Source: Escherichia coli (lineage in GTDB: Bacteria; Pseudomonadota; Gammaproteobacteria; Enterobacterales; Enterobacteriaceae). From it: a DNA stretch of 453 nt. Every line of letters starts with the position of its first letter. Position 1 is the first letter of the stretch. Location of the stretch: NCBI RefSeq assembly GCF_003334335.1, contig NZ_QOWQ01000187.1, one strand, 5' to 3'. Positions 1 to 453 of the stretch are shown here, one piece after another. A program made the position numbers and the translations under genes. A model generated the notes under the pieces. It had not been told where the DNA came from. It ran no database searches and saw only the letters and a list, made by a program, of their open reading frames with translations.

Positions 1-374
1 TCACATGTGTCGAACTTAACCATGACAGCGTTCTGTACTTCAGGGGCCAGCTTGTCAAAAGTGACGTTCATCGGATCTGATTCAGTCTCAACCGGGACAA
101 AGGAAGCAGACTCCTCATCCCAGCGGTTTTCCTGCATATATTCAGCATCCCAGGAATCGAGGGCAGGGCGGGGTATACCGGGTTTATCCTCGCAAACAAG
201 AAATTTATAAGCGCAGTCCTGAGCAGCCGGATAATGTTCCAGGAATTGCCAGTGAAATTTTGCGCGGGCGCGACGTTCATCACCGGCTTCAATGGCAGTG
301 GCCACCGCAACAGCGCTATCTTCTTTTATGGCCTGTTCGTCAGGAATAGCAGCGCAAATAAAGATTTTACTCAT
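1..374 (-). CDS. Hypothetical small acidic protein; 5' end complete (ATG at 374..372), 3' end truncated by the window edge (at least 124 aa, partial codon at 2..1)
   Basis: Seen in sequence: reverse-complement frame from ATG 374..372 is open for 124 codons to position 3 with no stop, which is unlikely by chance at about 50% GC. An in-frame TAA at 383..381 just upstream makes this ATG the 5'-most possible start. GAGGT Shine-Dalgarno lies 9 nt upstream. Hand translation: MSKIFICAAIPDEQAIKEDSAVAVATAIEAGDERRARAKFHWQFLEHYPAAQDCAYKFLVCEDKPGIPRPALDSWDAEYMQENRWDEESASFVPVETESDPMNVTFDKLAPEVQNAVMVKFDTC. Codon choice (CTG, GAA, GCT, CCG, CAG) fits enteric usage. The residue mix looks like a folded protein, unlike the Ser/Leu/Arg-rich shadow frames. 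Absent from the ORF track only because the stop lies outside the window. Function not recognised. Confidence 0.82.
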   Translation of the reverse strand, partial: MSKIFICAAIPDEQAIKEDSAVAVATAIEAGDERRARAKFHWQFLEHYPAAQDCAYKFLVCEDKPGIPRPALDSWDAEYMQENRWDEESASFVPVETESDPMNVTFDKLAPEVQNAVMVKFDTC

Positions 375-383
375 TGTGTTTTA

Positions 384-388
384 ACCTC
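384..388 (-). promoter_or_regulatory. Shine-Dalgarno / ribosome-binding site for the minus-strand CDS
   Basis: Minus strand reads 5'-TGAGGTTAAAACACAATG-3'. GAGGT (complement of plus 384..388 acctc) matches the anti-SD core and sits 9 nt before the ATG at 374..372, within the normal spacing range. Confidence 0.55.
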
Positions 389-453
389 ATTACAGATTTC
401 AGGGTGAACGAATCCCTGCCATTGCTGGCATTTTTAATCCGTTGGTATGGCGT

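Noticed and set aside
7-210. Plus-strand ORF from the track (67 aa, MSNLTMTAFCTSGASLSKVTFIGSDSVSTGTKEADSSSQ...)
   Set aside because: It is antisense to the long minus-strand CDS, actually begins with GTG at 7..9, has no SD-like sequence in the few bases available upstream, and is Ser/Thr/Gly-rich and low in complexity as expected of a shadow frame.
262-272. GC-rich run gcgcgggcgcg that looks like a possible palindrome or repeat
   Set aside because: It is not a true palindrome. On the minus strand it encodes the Arg-Ala-Arg-Ala segment (CGC GCC CGC GCA) of the CDS, so coding constraint explains it.
68-310. Minus-strand ORF from the track (80 aa, MRWPLPLKPVMNV...)
   Set aside because: It uses a TTG start (complement of 308..310 caa), lies entirely within the longer uninterrupted frame that starts at ATG 374 but in a different frame, and has an Arg/Leu/Pro-rich composition typical of an off-frame read of a real gene.
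151-347. The 7-mer caggaat occurs three times (151..157, 240..246, 341..347), twice as ccaggaat
   Set aside because: The copies fall in different codon phases of the CDS, their spacing is irregular (89 and 101 bp), and the flanks do not match. Three copies of some 7-mer in about 450 bp is not very unlikely by chance, so there is no support for a binding-site array or repeat element.
389-417. Sigma-70 promoter directly upstream of the CDS (TGTAAT -10-like hexamer on the minus strand at 394..389)
   Set aside because: No acceptable -35 at 16 to 18 bp spacing (AGGGAT, GGGATT, CAGGGA), and a start site from this -10 would fall in or after the SD. More likely the gene is transcribed from a promoter beyond position 453.
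1-453. Searched for CRISPR repeats, tRNA or rRNA signatures, IS terminal inverted repeats, attachment-site-like direct repeats, and Chi sites
   Set aside because: None found. There are no spaced direct repeats of 20 bp or more, no cloverleaf-compatible segment, no terminal inverted repeats, and no GCTGGTGG or its complement. The window is too short to hold or exclude a multi-gene system.

Overview
This 453-bp window (about 49% GC by my count, codon usage typical of enteric bacteria) is dominated by one minus-strand protein-coding gene that the supplied ORF track does not list, because it has no stop codon inside the window. It starts at an ATG at 374..372, is preceded by a GAGGT Shine-Dalgarno, and reads leftward without a stop through 124 codons to the window edge. 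The two ORFs in the track are a different-frame shadow and an antisense shadow of this gene. The encoded protein fragment is small and strongly acidic, and I cannot assign it to a named family from memory, so it is called hypothetical. The remaining 79 bp upstream (375..453) is AT-richer, has stops in two of three minus-strand frames, and contains two weak hairpins and a T5 run. Its third minus-strand frame is open to the window edge and could be the tail of an upstream, overlapping gene. I see no rRNA, tRNA, CRISPR array, IS termini or integrase. A 453-bp window cannot show a multi-gene system; the only candidate for novelty is the unassigned acidic protein and its possible operon partner, and both need database and context checks I cannot run.
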